From a bacterium (GTDB taxonomy: Bacteria > Zhuqueibacterota > Zhuqueibacteria > Oceanimicrobiales > Oceanimicrobiaceae): a stretch of DNA of 12,735 bases. The notes below the pieces were generated by a model. The model searched no databases. It was not told the DNA's origin and saw only the letters and a list, made by a program, of their open reading frames with translations. Positions 1-7,611 of this stretch are shown here, piece by piece (within the stretch, counting starts at the first letter, position 1; every line of letters begins with the position of its first letter). Both the position numbers and the translations under genes were made by a program. The stretch spans positions 1 through 12,735 of the forward strand of contig JBHHXT010000133.1 of NCBI GenBank assembly GCA_046757165.1, in the 5' to 3' direction.

Positions 1-24
1 GATAATTCAAGAATGGAGAAATAG

Positions 25-100
25 TGATCCTACACAGTTTGCAACTGTGTATCCCTCGCGGATTCTTACCTGAAACACGGTTGCAAACCGTGTTGGATCA
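25..100. repeat. Inverted pair of REP-like palindromes
   Basis: 25-50 TGATCCTACACAGTTTGCAACTGTGT versus the reverse complement of 75-100, TGATCCAACACGGTTTGCAACCGTGT: 23/26 identical. Each copy is itself a perfect 8-bp hairpin with a 3-nt loop. Confidence 0.8.
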
Positions 101-141
101 GGTTTGAATTAACTGGAGCTGTCCGAAAACCCCAGTTTTTC

Positions 142-169
142 TGTCATTCCAGCGAACGCAGGAATGACA
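142..169. repeat. GTCATTCC-type REP-like hairpin; possible terminator for the DUF885 gene
   Basis: TGTCATTCC-AGCGAACGCA-GGAATGACA is a perfect 9-bp inverted repeat with an inner GCG/CGC pair, about 90 bp past the DUF885 stop. Confidence 0.65.
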
Positions 170-257
170 AGTCATGGCTCTTTGCCGACTCTTTGGACCG
201 CCCTATTCAACGCTGAGCCCGAAAAGTTCGACTTTACCCTCATGGTCAGAATCCGGC

Positions 258-2024
258 TCAGGTCCCTTCGCTGAGCTGTGCAGCTTTTTTCTGAATGTAC
301 TCCTGGACCTCCTGCTCCAGAATCGGCAAGGTGACCGCGCCATTGCGCAGCACGACGTCATGAAACTCACGCACGTCGAAATCCTCGCCCAGGGCGTCTT
401 CAGCCTTTCGCCGCAGCTCTTTGATCTCGAGCTCACCCATTTTGTAGGAAAGCGCCTGGCCGGGCCAGGAGATGTAGCGATCGGTCTCTGTACGCACTTC
501 GTGCAAGGACAGCGCTGTGTTGGCCGCCAGGTAGTCGATCGCGTGCTTGCGTGTCCAGCCCATGGCATGGATGCCGGTGTCGACGACCAGGCGGCAGGCC
601 CGCCACATCTCGTAGGTCAGGCGGCCGAAGTTGCTGTACGGGTCGGTGTAGAAGCCAGCCTCCAGGCCGAGCCATTCGGAGTACAACCCCCAGCCCTCGC
701 CGAAGGCTGAAATGTAGGAAAACCGGCGAAAGGTGGGCACATTTTCCAGCTCGCGCGCCAGCGAGATTTGAAAGTGGTGTCCGGGAACCGCCTCGTGGAA
801 CGTAAGCGCCTCCAGCACATAGAGCGGCCGGCTGGCCAGATTGTACGTGTTGACCCAGTAGTAGCCCGGCTCTGTGCTGCCCAGGGCGGGCTCCACGTAG
901 CGCCCGGCAGTGTATTTCGGCGCGATATGGTCAGGCACTGGCGCAACACCGTACGGCAGACGTGGGAAGGTCTTGAACAGCGACGGCAGCTTGCCGTCCA
1001 TGCGTTTGGCGATGGTAGAGGCTTCCTTTAACAGCTCCTCTGCGGTTCGGGGATAGAACCGTGGATCCGTGCGTAAGAACTTGAGAAACGCGGCAAAATC
1101 ACCTCTGAAGCCAACTTGCTCAATGATTTCCTGCATCTCCTTGCGAATGCGTTCCACTTCCCGCAGGCCGGTTTGATGAATCTCTTCGACGCTGAGCGCC
1201 AGGGTCGTGTAGTAGTCGACGCGCTGCTGGTAGTACTCCCGGCCTCCGGGCAGGTCCGAGGCGGCGATGGTTGGCCGCGCCTGCGGAATGTATTCTTCTG
1301 TCATGAACTGCAGAAACATGCGATAGCCGGGCACAACGCCATCCATGATCGCGGCTTTCCCGTCAGCCACTAATCTCGCGCGCGCTGACTGCGGGACGGA
1401 GGCCGGGAAGCGCGCAAATGGCTGGTACAGGACGCTCTCTTCGGGTTCTGTGACAATATGGGGTTCAAGGGTTCCTTCAATGCCGCGCAGCACGACTTGC
1501 GGCAGCGTCATCTCGATCTCGATCCCCTCCTTCATGTTGGCGATCTGCTGCCCCACGTAGCGGGGAAATGCCCGCAGACGGGCGATGTAGTTTTCATAAT
1601 CTTTGACCGTGGAAAACGGCATGAGGGCTGCCAGTCTTGCGAAACCGGTGTGGAAGCCGCTGTCCGCATTCAGCGGCATGGTGTAGGCATGAAAATGCAT
1701 GCCGGCCATGTTGTCTTCCACTTCACGCCGGAACAAGTCGTAGTTGATGCGGTCGGTTTTTGCCAGCGCGCCGCGGTCGATGCGGTTCAGGCGCGCCAGG
1801 ACGTCGGTCCAGAATTGCAACCGGCGCTCGCGGTCTGCCGGTGTGACTGACGGCAACCGGTCGTTGAATTCGTGGCGGCCGATACTGGTAGCAAACAGCG
1901 GATATTCCTGGATCTGGAATTCCCAGGCTTCGTCGAAGATCGCCTGCAGTTCACCTTGTGGCTGCCGGGCGCAACTACAAATCAGAAGCAGGCTGAACAA
2001 AACGGATAAGCGGGTCAGTGGCAT
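258..2024 (-). CDS. DUF885 family lipoprotein (588 aa; putative metallopeptidase-like)
   Basis: Family motifs HEAVPGHHFQ, AFGEGWGLYSEWLG, WRACRLVVDTGIH, RYISWPGQALSYKMG and FHDVVL. ATG at 2024 is preceded by a GGAGGAGG RBS, so it is preferred over the 2063 start. Hydrophobic signal peptide with lipobox-like LICSC (Cys18). Confidence 0.93.
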   Translation of the reverse strand: MPLTRLSVLFSLLLICSCARQPQGELQAIFDEAWEFQIQEYPLFATSIGRHEFNDRLPSVTPADRERRLQFWTDVLARLNRIDRGALAKTDRINYDLFRREVEDNMAGMHFHAYTMPLNADSGFHTGFARLAALMPFSTVKDYENYIARLRAFPRYVGQQIANMKEGIEIEMTLPQVVLRGIEGTLEPHIVTEPEESVLYQPFARFPASVPQSARARLVADGKAAIMDGVVPGYRMFLQFMTEEYIPQARPTIAASDLPGGREYYQQRVDYYTTLALSVEEIHQTGLREVERIRKEMQEIIEQVGFRGDFAAFLKFLRTDPRFYPRTAEELLKEASTIAKRMDGKLPSLFKTFPRLPYGVAPVPDHIAPKYTAGRYVEPALGSTEPGYYWVNTYNLASRPLYVLEALTFHEAVPGHHFQISLARELENVPTFRRFSYISAFGEGWGLYSEWLGLEAGFYTDPYSNFGRLTYEMWRACRLVVDTGIHAMGWTRKHAIDYLAANTALSLHEVRTETDRYISWPGQALSYKMGELEIKELRRKAEDALGEDFDVREFHDVVLRNGAVTLPILEQEVQEYIQKKAAQLSEGT

Positions 2025-2075
2025 GGTCCTCCTCCGTGGTTGTCCATCGATATCCACCTTCAAGTGGCTATGATG

Positions 2076-2375
2076 TTAAAGCTCCAAAAGCTTTGCTCCA
2101 TGAATAATCCTCGAGATAAAAACTGAATATTCCAATACGCGGCATATTATTCGATATTTCTCATAAATTAGATGCCTGTAGTCCGTTCCGAAATACTCAT
2201 TCTCAGGTATGAATGGATTGCGGTTTGGCAGATCTTCAAGTGAATTGACTTTTTCTTCCAGTTCGATAACAAAATTTGTCGCGTTATCAATACTGTCATT
2301 TGCGACATAACAAAAAATACGTTCCAAATCTTCTTGTGCGTGCCGAGTTAAATATACTTCATATTTTTTTGGCAA
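2076..2375 (-). CDS. Type II toxin, RelE/ParE family (99 aa)
   Basis: MPKKYEVYLTRHAQEDLERIFCYVA...LEDLPNRNP...YRHLIYEKYRII...VFISRIIHGAKLL fits the ParE/RelE pattern. Likely TTG start at 2375 with AAGGA upstream, overlapping the antitoxin end by 17 bp. Confidence 0.88.
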   Translation of the reverse strand: MPKKYEVYLTRHAQEDLERIFCYVANDSIDNATNFVIELEEKVNSLEDLPNRNPFIPENEYFGTDYRHLIYEKYRIICRVLEYSVFISRIIHGAKLLEL

Positions 2376-2637
2376 TCTTAAATTCCTTGAAAAAAGATCT
2401 GGCTTCTTTGCAGCGATTGTCACTTATTTCTTCTTCAGCAGATATGAGAAGCTTGAGCAAACTGAATGCGTTCGTATTTTTTTCATATTCCTTTGCATCC
2501 ATGAGCACAGCTTCTGCTTTACCGTTTACGGTGAGAACAACTGGGCGTTTGGTTTTATGGATTTGCGCCAGAATTGAATTAGTTTTCCTTTTCAAATCTG
2601 TAATTGAACGTATGTCTTCTGTTATGCTTAATGTCAT
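2359..2637 (-). CDS. Type II antitoxin, Phd/YefM family (92 aa)
   Basis: IRSITDLKRKTNSILAQIHKTKRPVVLTVNGKAEAVLMDAKEYE is the Phd/YefM N-terminal signature. ATG at 2637 follows AAGGTG and lies directly upstream of the toxin. Confidence 0.9.
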   Translation of the reverse strand: MTLSITEDIRSITDLKRKTNSILAQIHKTKRPVVLTVNGKAEAVLMDAKEYEKNTNAFSLLKLLISAEEEISDNRCKEARSFFKEFKIAKKI

Positions 2638-2673
2638 TTTGAGCACCTTGTAATCATTTATCGTGACATGCTA

Positions 2674-2683
2674 TCTAGCTAGA
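2674..2683. promoter_or_regulatory. Possible antitoxin operator palindrome
   Basis: Perfect 10-bp palindrome TCTAGCTAGA about 40 bp upstream of the antitoxin start. Phd-family antitoxins autoregulate at promoter palindromes. Confidence 0.3.
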
Positions 2684-2735
2684 AGACACTCATTATTTCA
2701 AAAAATCTGGACTAAATATTTTCTGGCGATATTGA

Positions 2736-2766
2736 AACTTAACATATATTTAAGGTTCTTTGTCAA
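2736..2766 (-). promoter_or_regulatory. Outward-facing -35 (TTGACA) at the presumed IS right end, with a possible extended -10 toward the TA operon
   Basis: Minus strand: perfect TTGACA at 2766-2761, then TG-T-TAAGTT ending at 2736. The 19-bp spacer is long. Confidence 0.4.
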
Positions 2767-3060
2767 GAAAAAAGTTCACTCCCATGCCGATTTTTTGTTT
2801 TTTTTTGCCAAATCGGCTGCTAATCTGCAATTGGCGTGGTTGGGCCGCGTTCCGTCGTTGTTGTGGAGCGGGCCTGGGCTAACTGACTTTTGTCCGTTCG
2901 ACCGGTCAGCGTTACCCGGATCCTGTGCAGCAACGTGATTTCAAAAAGGCGGCTGGTTCACCTGGCTTCTGGCAGGATGCCGATGGCCGGTTTCCAGTTA
3001 GGGTCAGGCTCGAGAGCGAGGCAGAGCCGTTTTGAAGCCGAAAGTCACGTTGTTATGTAT

Positions 3061-3172
3061 GGATGGGGGCAGTGCGCGCCAGACTCCATTTATCTGGCGA
3101 GAGCTGCTGCCCCCATCCCATCCGGCGAAGCCGGATAAGGGCTGCCGCACCATGTTTCTCGGAATGGATGGG
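3061..3172. repeat. Cluster of inverted repeats / hairpins
   Basis: GGATGGGGGCAG (3061-3072) with CTGCCCCCATCC (3107-3118); inner CGCCAGA/TCTGGCG; ATCCGGC-GAA-GCCGGAT (3120-3136); 3112-3124 versus 3160-3172 is 11/13 complementary. Confidence 0.75.
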
Positions 3173-3255
3173 ACAAGCCCGGACGGTCCCTTAGAGCGCG
3201 AGTAATTGTTTTCTGGCTTGTTTGTCTTTGACGAACTTGAGTTCTGGGTCCCCGA

Positions 3256-3570
3256 CGTACGCGAGTCGATGGGGTCACTCTTGGCTTTGCCGCCGTGAAT
3301 CGCCTTCATGTAGTAGGCATGGCCAAGATAGAAGGGTAAGTTGGCTTGACAGCAACCATCGGCGAGCCAGTAATAGTAGCAGCTCGATTCGACGCCGACA
3401 GCCAGATTTGGCAGAAAGGGTTGCATGTAGTTGTTGAAAGTTTCGAAATCGTTTGGCATATTACGGCGAAAGAGAATCTCCCCTTGCTTGTCCATCACCG
3501 TGGCGAACATGGTGCGGAAGTGCAGGTCAATCCCACAGTAGTACTCAGCATCAACTTGGGCGAAACGCAT
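3256..3570 (-). pseudogene. IS110-family transposase, N-terminal DEDD (RuvC-like) fragment only (about 105 codons)
   Basis: MRFAQVDAEYYCGIDLHFRTM...AVGVESS...YWLAD...HAYYMKAIHGGKAKSDPIDS contains the GIDLH, E and K.D..D catalytic motifs. GGAGG RBS before the ATG at 3570. Similarity stops after 'DSRT'; the coiled-coil and Tnp (Ser) domains are absent. Confidence 0.88.
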
Positions 3571-3747
3571 GATGACACCTCCCGGGTAACGTAATATCAA
3601 TTCATTCACCCGACAAAAGGGCTCTGGATTTTTGAGCACGTTCAGTGACCTCGCAAAGTTCGTCTCAGATTCTCAGCTAAGTGCTCCAAAACCCTTTTGC
3701 AGGTTATGATCGTGTTAGGGCGGATTGTACAAATGGAGGTTCATGTG

Positions 3748-3948
3748 GTGAGCGATGAAATCTTAATCTACCAGTTCAAAATCACCCTGAGGGGCGTAAG
3801 CCCTCCAATATGGAGAAGGATTCAGGTTCCTCAGAACGATAGTTTTCGGGATCTACATGTCGCCTTGCAGGACGCTATGGGATGGTTTGATTGCCACCTT
3901 CACGTTTTTCGCGTTTTCAATGTTATTGTGGCACTCTTTACGCCGTGA
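3748..3948 (+). pseudogene. Truncated plasmid pRiA4b ORF-3 family protein
   Basis: IYQFKITLRGVSPPIWRRIQVP..SFRDLHVALQDAMGWFDCHLHVF is the family's N-terminal signature. GGAGG at 3735-3739. Only about 66 aa, with none of the C-terminal YEYDFGD.W.H / CPPED motifs. Confidence 0.85.
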
Positions 3949-3963
3949 ACTGGAAACTTTCAG

Positions 3964-3992
3964 TTGATTGTTAGCCCAGAGATTTTTAAGAT
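3964..3992 (+). promoter_or_regulatory. Putative sigma70 promoter of the SBP-kinase-regulator operon
   Basis: TTGATT (3964-3969), 17-bp spacer, TAAGAT (3987-3992); GGGAGG RBS at 4015-4020. Confidence 0.5.
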
Positions 3993-4024
3993 GATGGGAA
4001 CGATCTCAACGACCGGGAGGGCTA

Positions 4025-5662
4025 ATGTTCGACCGTCAATGGAAATTCCTGGCAGTCGTTAGTCTGTTGCACCTCAACCTCTCTTGCCGCCATTCCGACG
4101 AGCCATTGACCACCGTGAAATCAGGTGGAACTTACCGAATCCCTGTCATATCAGACATCACCTCCCTTGACCCAATATCAGGGCAATTCCTTTCATGGAC
4201 CATTGGTAGTCAGATATTCGAAGGATTGGTTACTTACTCACGAGATGAATCCAGAATCATTCCGTTGCTGGCAGAGAGTTACGAAATCAACGACCTGAGG
4301 TTGACCTTCCATCTTCGCCAGGGCATACATTTCCATGATGATGCTTGCTTTCCTGGCGGCAAGGGTCGTGAACTTACTGCAAACGATGTCAAATATTCAT
4401 TTGAAAGAGGATGGGCAATTACTTCTGGCCATGGTGTTGCAAGTCTCGAGCCCTTCGTAGGGTATGAGGCATTTATCACTGGCAAATCGCCACATGTCAC
4501 TGGGTTCAGGGTGGTTGACAAGTTTACTTTTCAAATTCAATTGACAAGACCAAACCCGGGATTCCTAAATGATAAAATTGCATCTTTGGGTTTCTTTATC
4601 GTTCCCAGGGAAGCCGTTGATTTTTATGGAGAGGATTTCAAATTGCATCCGGTGGGCACCGGGCCGTTCAGGTTCTCCGAACTTGTGCCTAATGAAAAGC
4701 TGATCCTCGTCAGGAATGAAAATTATTGGAGTTCTGACAATGGCGTGCAACTTCCATATCTCGATGCCGTCGAGTATCTTTTGTACTCACCCGGTGAGAC
4801 AGAGAAGATGCTCCTGGACTTTCGCACGGGAAAGCTCGATGAGTGTACCCATGATGTCGCCAAACTTCTCGAAGACCTTGCGGAGTTGGATGAGCAAGGG
4901 AATTTGAACTTGCAAGGTTGGTTGAGAGACAAGAGCGTACAGTTTGTACAAGATTCCGTCTTTCGCAAACTGCGCTATATGGAAATTTTTGAGTCGAACA
5001 AGAAGGTGCGGCAGGCGATGTCGTATTCTGTTGATCGAAAGAGACTCGTCGAAGGTCAACAGAGCGTTTTTCAAAACTATGAAACTGCCAGGGGTCCGAT
5101 CGCACCGAATACGATTTACTTCAACCCGGAGCTCAAAGGACAATATTACGACCCGGACCAGGCGCGGCGCCTTCTTGCGGAAGCAGGCTTTCCAGATGGG
5201 AAAGGCTTGCCTGAATATCCGTTCTATTATGCTCCAGGTCCGGACGCAGATCAGGTCGTTGGAAATTTGAGATCCCTTGGTTTCAAGATCAGAAAAATAA
5301 ATAAACATCCGGGATGGCGGGAAGTTTTTGAGCGCCCCGGGCCCCTGCTGGCCTGGATGCGAAATCAAACCACCTCTCCAGAGGCGTATGACGTTCTCGA
5401 TTTAGTTGATGGACAGCCCGAGTGCATGACAGACAGCGTATTTTGGGGAGCCTTCCAGGAATGGCGGAAAAACGAAGAGAATTTCAAGAATTTGGACTTG
5501 CTGCACCGGGTGGAAGAAATCGCCTGTGACCTTACCCCGCAAGTCTTTCTCTATCATATTGGCGGAGACTTTAGATTCCTGCAAAGCTACGTCAGAGGCA
5601 GACAGCTTGGTAATGCCTGGGGGCATAAATTGCACTATGTCTGGCTCGATAAAGGTAAATAA
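4025..5662 (+). CDS. Family 5 (OppA/DppA-like) solute-binding lipoprotein, orphan (545 aa)
   Basis: Lipobox LSC (Cys21); motifs TSLDP, QIFEGLV, PLLAESY, FHLRQGIHFHDD, TANDVKYSFER, PVGTGPF, RNENYW, LPYLDAV, VRQAMSYSVDR and YDPDQARRLLAEAG. Confidence 0.92.
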   Translation: MFDRQWKFLAVVSLLHLNLSCRHSDEPLTTVKSGGTYRIPVISDITSLDPISGQFLSWTIGSQIFEGLVTYSRDESRIIPLLAESYEINDLRLTFHLRQGIHFHDDACFPGGKGRELTANDVKYSFERGWAITSGHGVASLEPFVGYEAFITGKSPHVTGFRVVDKFTFQIQLTRPNPGFLNDKIASLGFFIVPREAVDFYGEDFKLHPVGTGPFRFSELVPNEKLILVRNENYWSSDNGVQLPYLDAVEYLLYSPGETEKMLLDFRTGKLDECTHDVAKLLEDLAELDEQGNLNLQGWLRDKSVQFVQDSVFRKLRYMEIFESNKKVRQAMSYSVDRKRLVEGQQSVFQNYETARGPIAPNTIYFNPELKGQYYDPDQARRLLAEAGFPDGKGLPEYPFYYAPGPDADQVVGNLRSLGFKIRKINKHPGWREVFERPGPLLAWMRNQTTSPEAYDVLDLVDGQPECMTDSVFWGAFQEWRKNEENFKNLDLLHRVEEIACDLTPQVFLYHIGGDFRFLQSYVRGRQLGNAWGHKLHYVWLDKGK

Positions 5663-5665
5663 ATA

Positions 5666-7564
5666 ATGATTTTTATGAATCTCAAACTTTGCTTCCAGAA
5701 CTTAAAGATCAGACAAAAACTGATTCTGGTTTTCTTACCCATTCCTTTGCTCGGCATTGTAACTATTGGCTCGTTTTGGTATTGGAACGCCCTCAAAGCC
5801 GTTGAAAAATCGCTGCAAGAGCAGACATCCATTCTTGCTGAAAACGCCTCTCTTTTGGTTGAAAACTATTTGAACGAAAGGGAAGTTGAAATCAAATCTG
5901 CCTCGCAGTTGGGGTGGATCGTAGACTTTTTTGTTGAAGCCAATGAAAAAACCCCTCCGTCGGCAGATTTTCAAAACAGATTAAGGCAATTGCTTATCGA
6001 TTTGGGCGCCGGCCCCTTTCAGATAACCTGCGCCGACAGTAACGGCATCCTTTTTGCCAGAGCACAGCTCACCTCATTTTTGCCAAGAGACAAGCTCCCG
6101 GTCCATTTCGAAACGCGCTTTTTTAACAACCAGGACCTGATCGGAATTAGGGAATCATTAGCCGCGAATGCAGATCGGGTTTTTGTTTCAAATGTCAAGA
6201 GCATTCGTGGCTCGAAAGCGCTTATTTTTTCAACACCTGTGTGGAATAACAAAACTGCCGGAAGGTTGGGGATAATTGCTTTCTGTGTCGCCATCGCCAG
6301 GATCGCCGATGAGATTGAAACTCAAAGCCTGGGCCATGAAAGTCAAGCAATGATTCTGGACAAAGGTGGCGAAGTGCTTTACCATACCGACAGAAGAAAA
6401 GTCAACCAGAATATCAGTGCGGTCATGCCATTTTTTGTGCATGACTTCGATTTCATGCCTACCGCAAAGCAGGCCAGCAGAACCTTTCAGGATGAGCAAA
6501 ATGAGAGGTGGATTATCTCGGCCACTTCTGTGAAAAAGACCGGCTGGGCCATCGCTATTTCGAGCCCTGTCAAGCCGTTCATTCAGCCAACGCAACGCGC
6601 CGGATTGTTCGGCATTGCCGCCAGCATTGGCGTGTCAATTCTACTTTTGTTCTTGATTCATCGTTTCAGCAAAGAATTTGTAACTGATATTTCGGAGGTA
6701 ACAGAGGGCGCCAGAGCGGTCGCTTCGGGTGACCTCAACCGTCAACTTCCCGTACGTACCGGTGATGAGATTGGCGAACTGGCAAAAGATTTCAACAAAA
6801 TGTCGGCAAACCTGCAACGGCTCATCAGAGAACGTCAAGCCAACGAAACGCTCGTAACCATCGGCAGGTTTTCATCTGCTCTGGCGCATGACTTACGCAA
6901 TCCGATCGAAGGCATGAAGTTATTATCGAGTGAACTCAAGAAGCGAATGAGTGGCTCAGATTCCGCCTATGAAGTTGCCGATGCCATCTCACAATCTGCC
7001 GAAAACTTATCGACGCTCGTTAATCAGTCTCTGGATTTTGCGAGACTCAACCAGCCTGACTTTGCCCCGATGAATCTGGCGACCCTTGCGAATGAGCTGC
7101 TGGCAGATTTCCATTTTGAGAGAGTTGAATTGAAACGCGACTACGCCGACGATTTGCCCAATGTGGAGGTAGACGCGGCACAAATCAAGCGCGTTCTTGC
7201 CAACCTGGTTCGAAATGCTTTGGATGCTTGTCTGGCCAATAGAAATCACGAAAGAAACGAAATCACTCTGACCTTGAAAGGCAGGGGAGAGAAAATGATT
7301 GTCGAGGTTGCAGATACCGGCGTGGGGATTCCCCCGGAGTCTGGCAAGAAAATCTTTGAGCCGTTTTTCACCACCAAGGCCGGTGGCCACGGGTTGGGGC
7401 TGGCCCTGGTGCGGCAGATTATTGCGAACCACAGTGGGACCATTGCCTTCAAAAGTGAAGACGGGCAAGGGACGCGATTTGTGATTGAGTTGCCCATTGT
7501 TCAGAGCAGCCATTCGGAGTCATTGAAATTATCGCACTCGCTCAAGAATAGATTGAAAATATAG
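5666..7564 (+). CDS. Membrane sensor histidine kinase (TM-dCache-TM-HAMP-HisKA-HATPase)
   Basis: Two hydrophobic helices flank a periplasmic region of about 275 aa with Cache-like ILDKGGEVLYHTD and TGWAIAIS. HAMP GDLNRQLPVRTGDEIGELAKDFNKM; H-box AHDLRNP; N-box NLVRNALDA; DTGVGIP; IFEPFFTTK; GHGLGL. Starts 3 bp after the SBP stop. Confidence 0.95.
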   Translation: MIFMNLKLCFQNLKIRQKLILVFLPIPLLGIVTIGSFWYWNALKAVEKSLQEQTSILAENASLLVENYLNEREVEIKSASQLGWIVDFFVEANEKTPPSADFQNRLRQLLIDLGAGPFQITCADSNGILFARAQLTSFLPRDKLPVHFETRFFNNQDLIGIRESLAANADRVFVSNVKSIRGSKALIFSTPVWNNKTAGRLGIIAFCVAIARIADEIETQSLGHESQAMILDKGGEVLYHTDRRKVNQNISAVMPFFVHDFDFMPTAKQASRTFQDEQNERWIISATSVKKTGWAIAISSPVKPFIQPTQRAGLFGIAASIGVSILLLFLIHRFSKEFVTDISEVTEGARAVASGDLNRQLPVRTGDEIGELAKDFNKMSANLQRLIRERQANETLVTIGRFSSALAHDLRNPIEGMKLLSSELKKRMSGSDSAYEVADAISQSAENLSTLVNQSLDFARLNQPDFAPMNLATLANELLADFHFERVELKRDYADDLPNVEVDAAQIKRVLANLVRNALDACLANRNHERNEITLTLKGRGEKMIVEVADTGVGIPPESGKKIFEPFFTTKAGGHGLGLALVRQIIANHSGTIAFKSEDGQGTRFVIELPIVQSSHSESLKLSHSLKNRLKI

Positions 7565-7611
7565 AATAATTTTCTTGCTTTGTGAAGGTCAAATGGTTGA
7601 AAGAAGAAGTC

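Larger units (their letters stand above)
2744..3700 (-). mobile_element. Defective IS110-family element (boundaries approximate)
   Basis: Truncated IS110 transposase followed by about 500 bp of structured non-coding DNA ending in an A-tract, CTTGACA and ATATAT, at an abrupt GC-to-AT boundary. The left end is not resolved. Confidence 0.65.

Noticed and set aside
25..203. CRISPR array
   Set aside because: The repeats are inverted pairs, not direct repeats with spacers, and there are no cas genes.
2054..2081. Xer dif/pdif sites flanking the TA module (TGATGTTAAAG here and ATATGTTAAGT at 2747-2737, each 9/11 to the XerD arm)
   Set aside because: Neither has a credible XerC arm at 6-bp spacing.
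3004..3639. 211-aa ORF as an intact transposase
   Set aside because: Only about 105 residues from the ATG at 3570 are IS110-like; the rest is read-through into non-coding DNA.
2874..3979. 10-bp inverted matches (2874-2883 with 3970-3979; 2990-2999 with 3948-3957)
   Set aside because: About one such match is expected by chance in a region this size, and they do not coincide with element boundaries.
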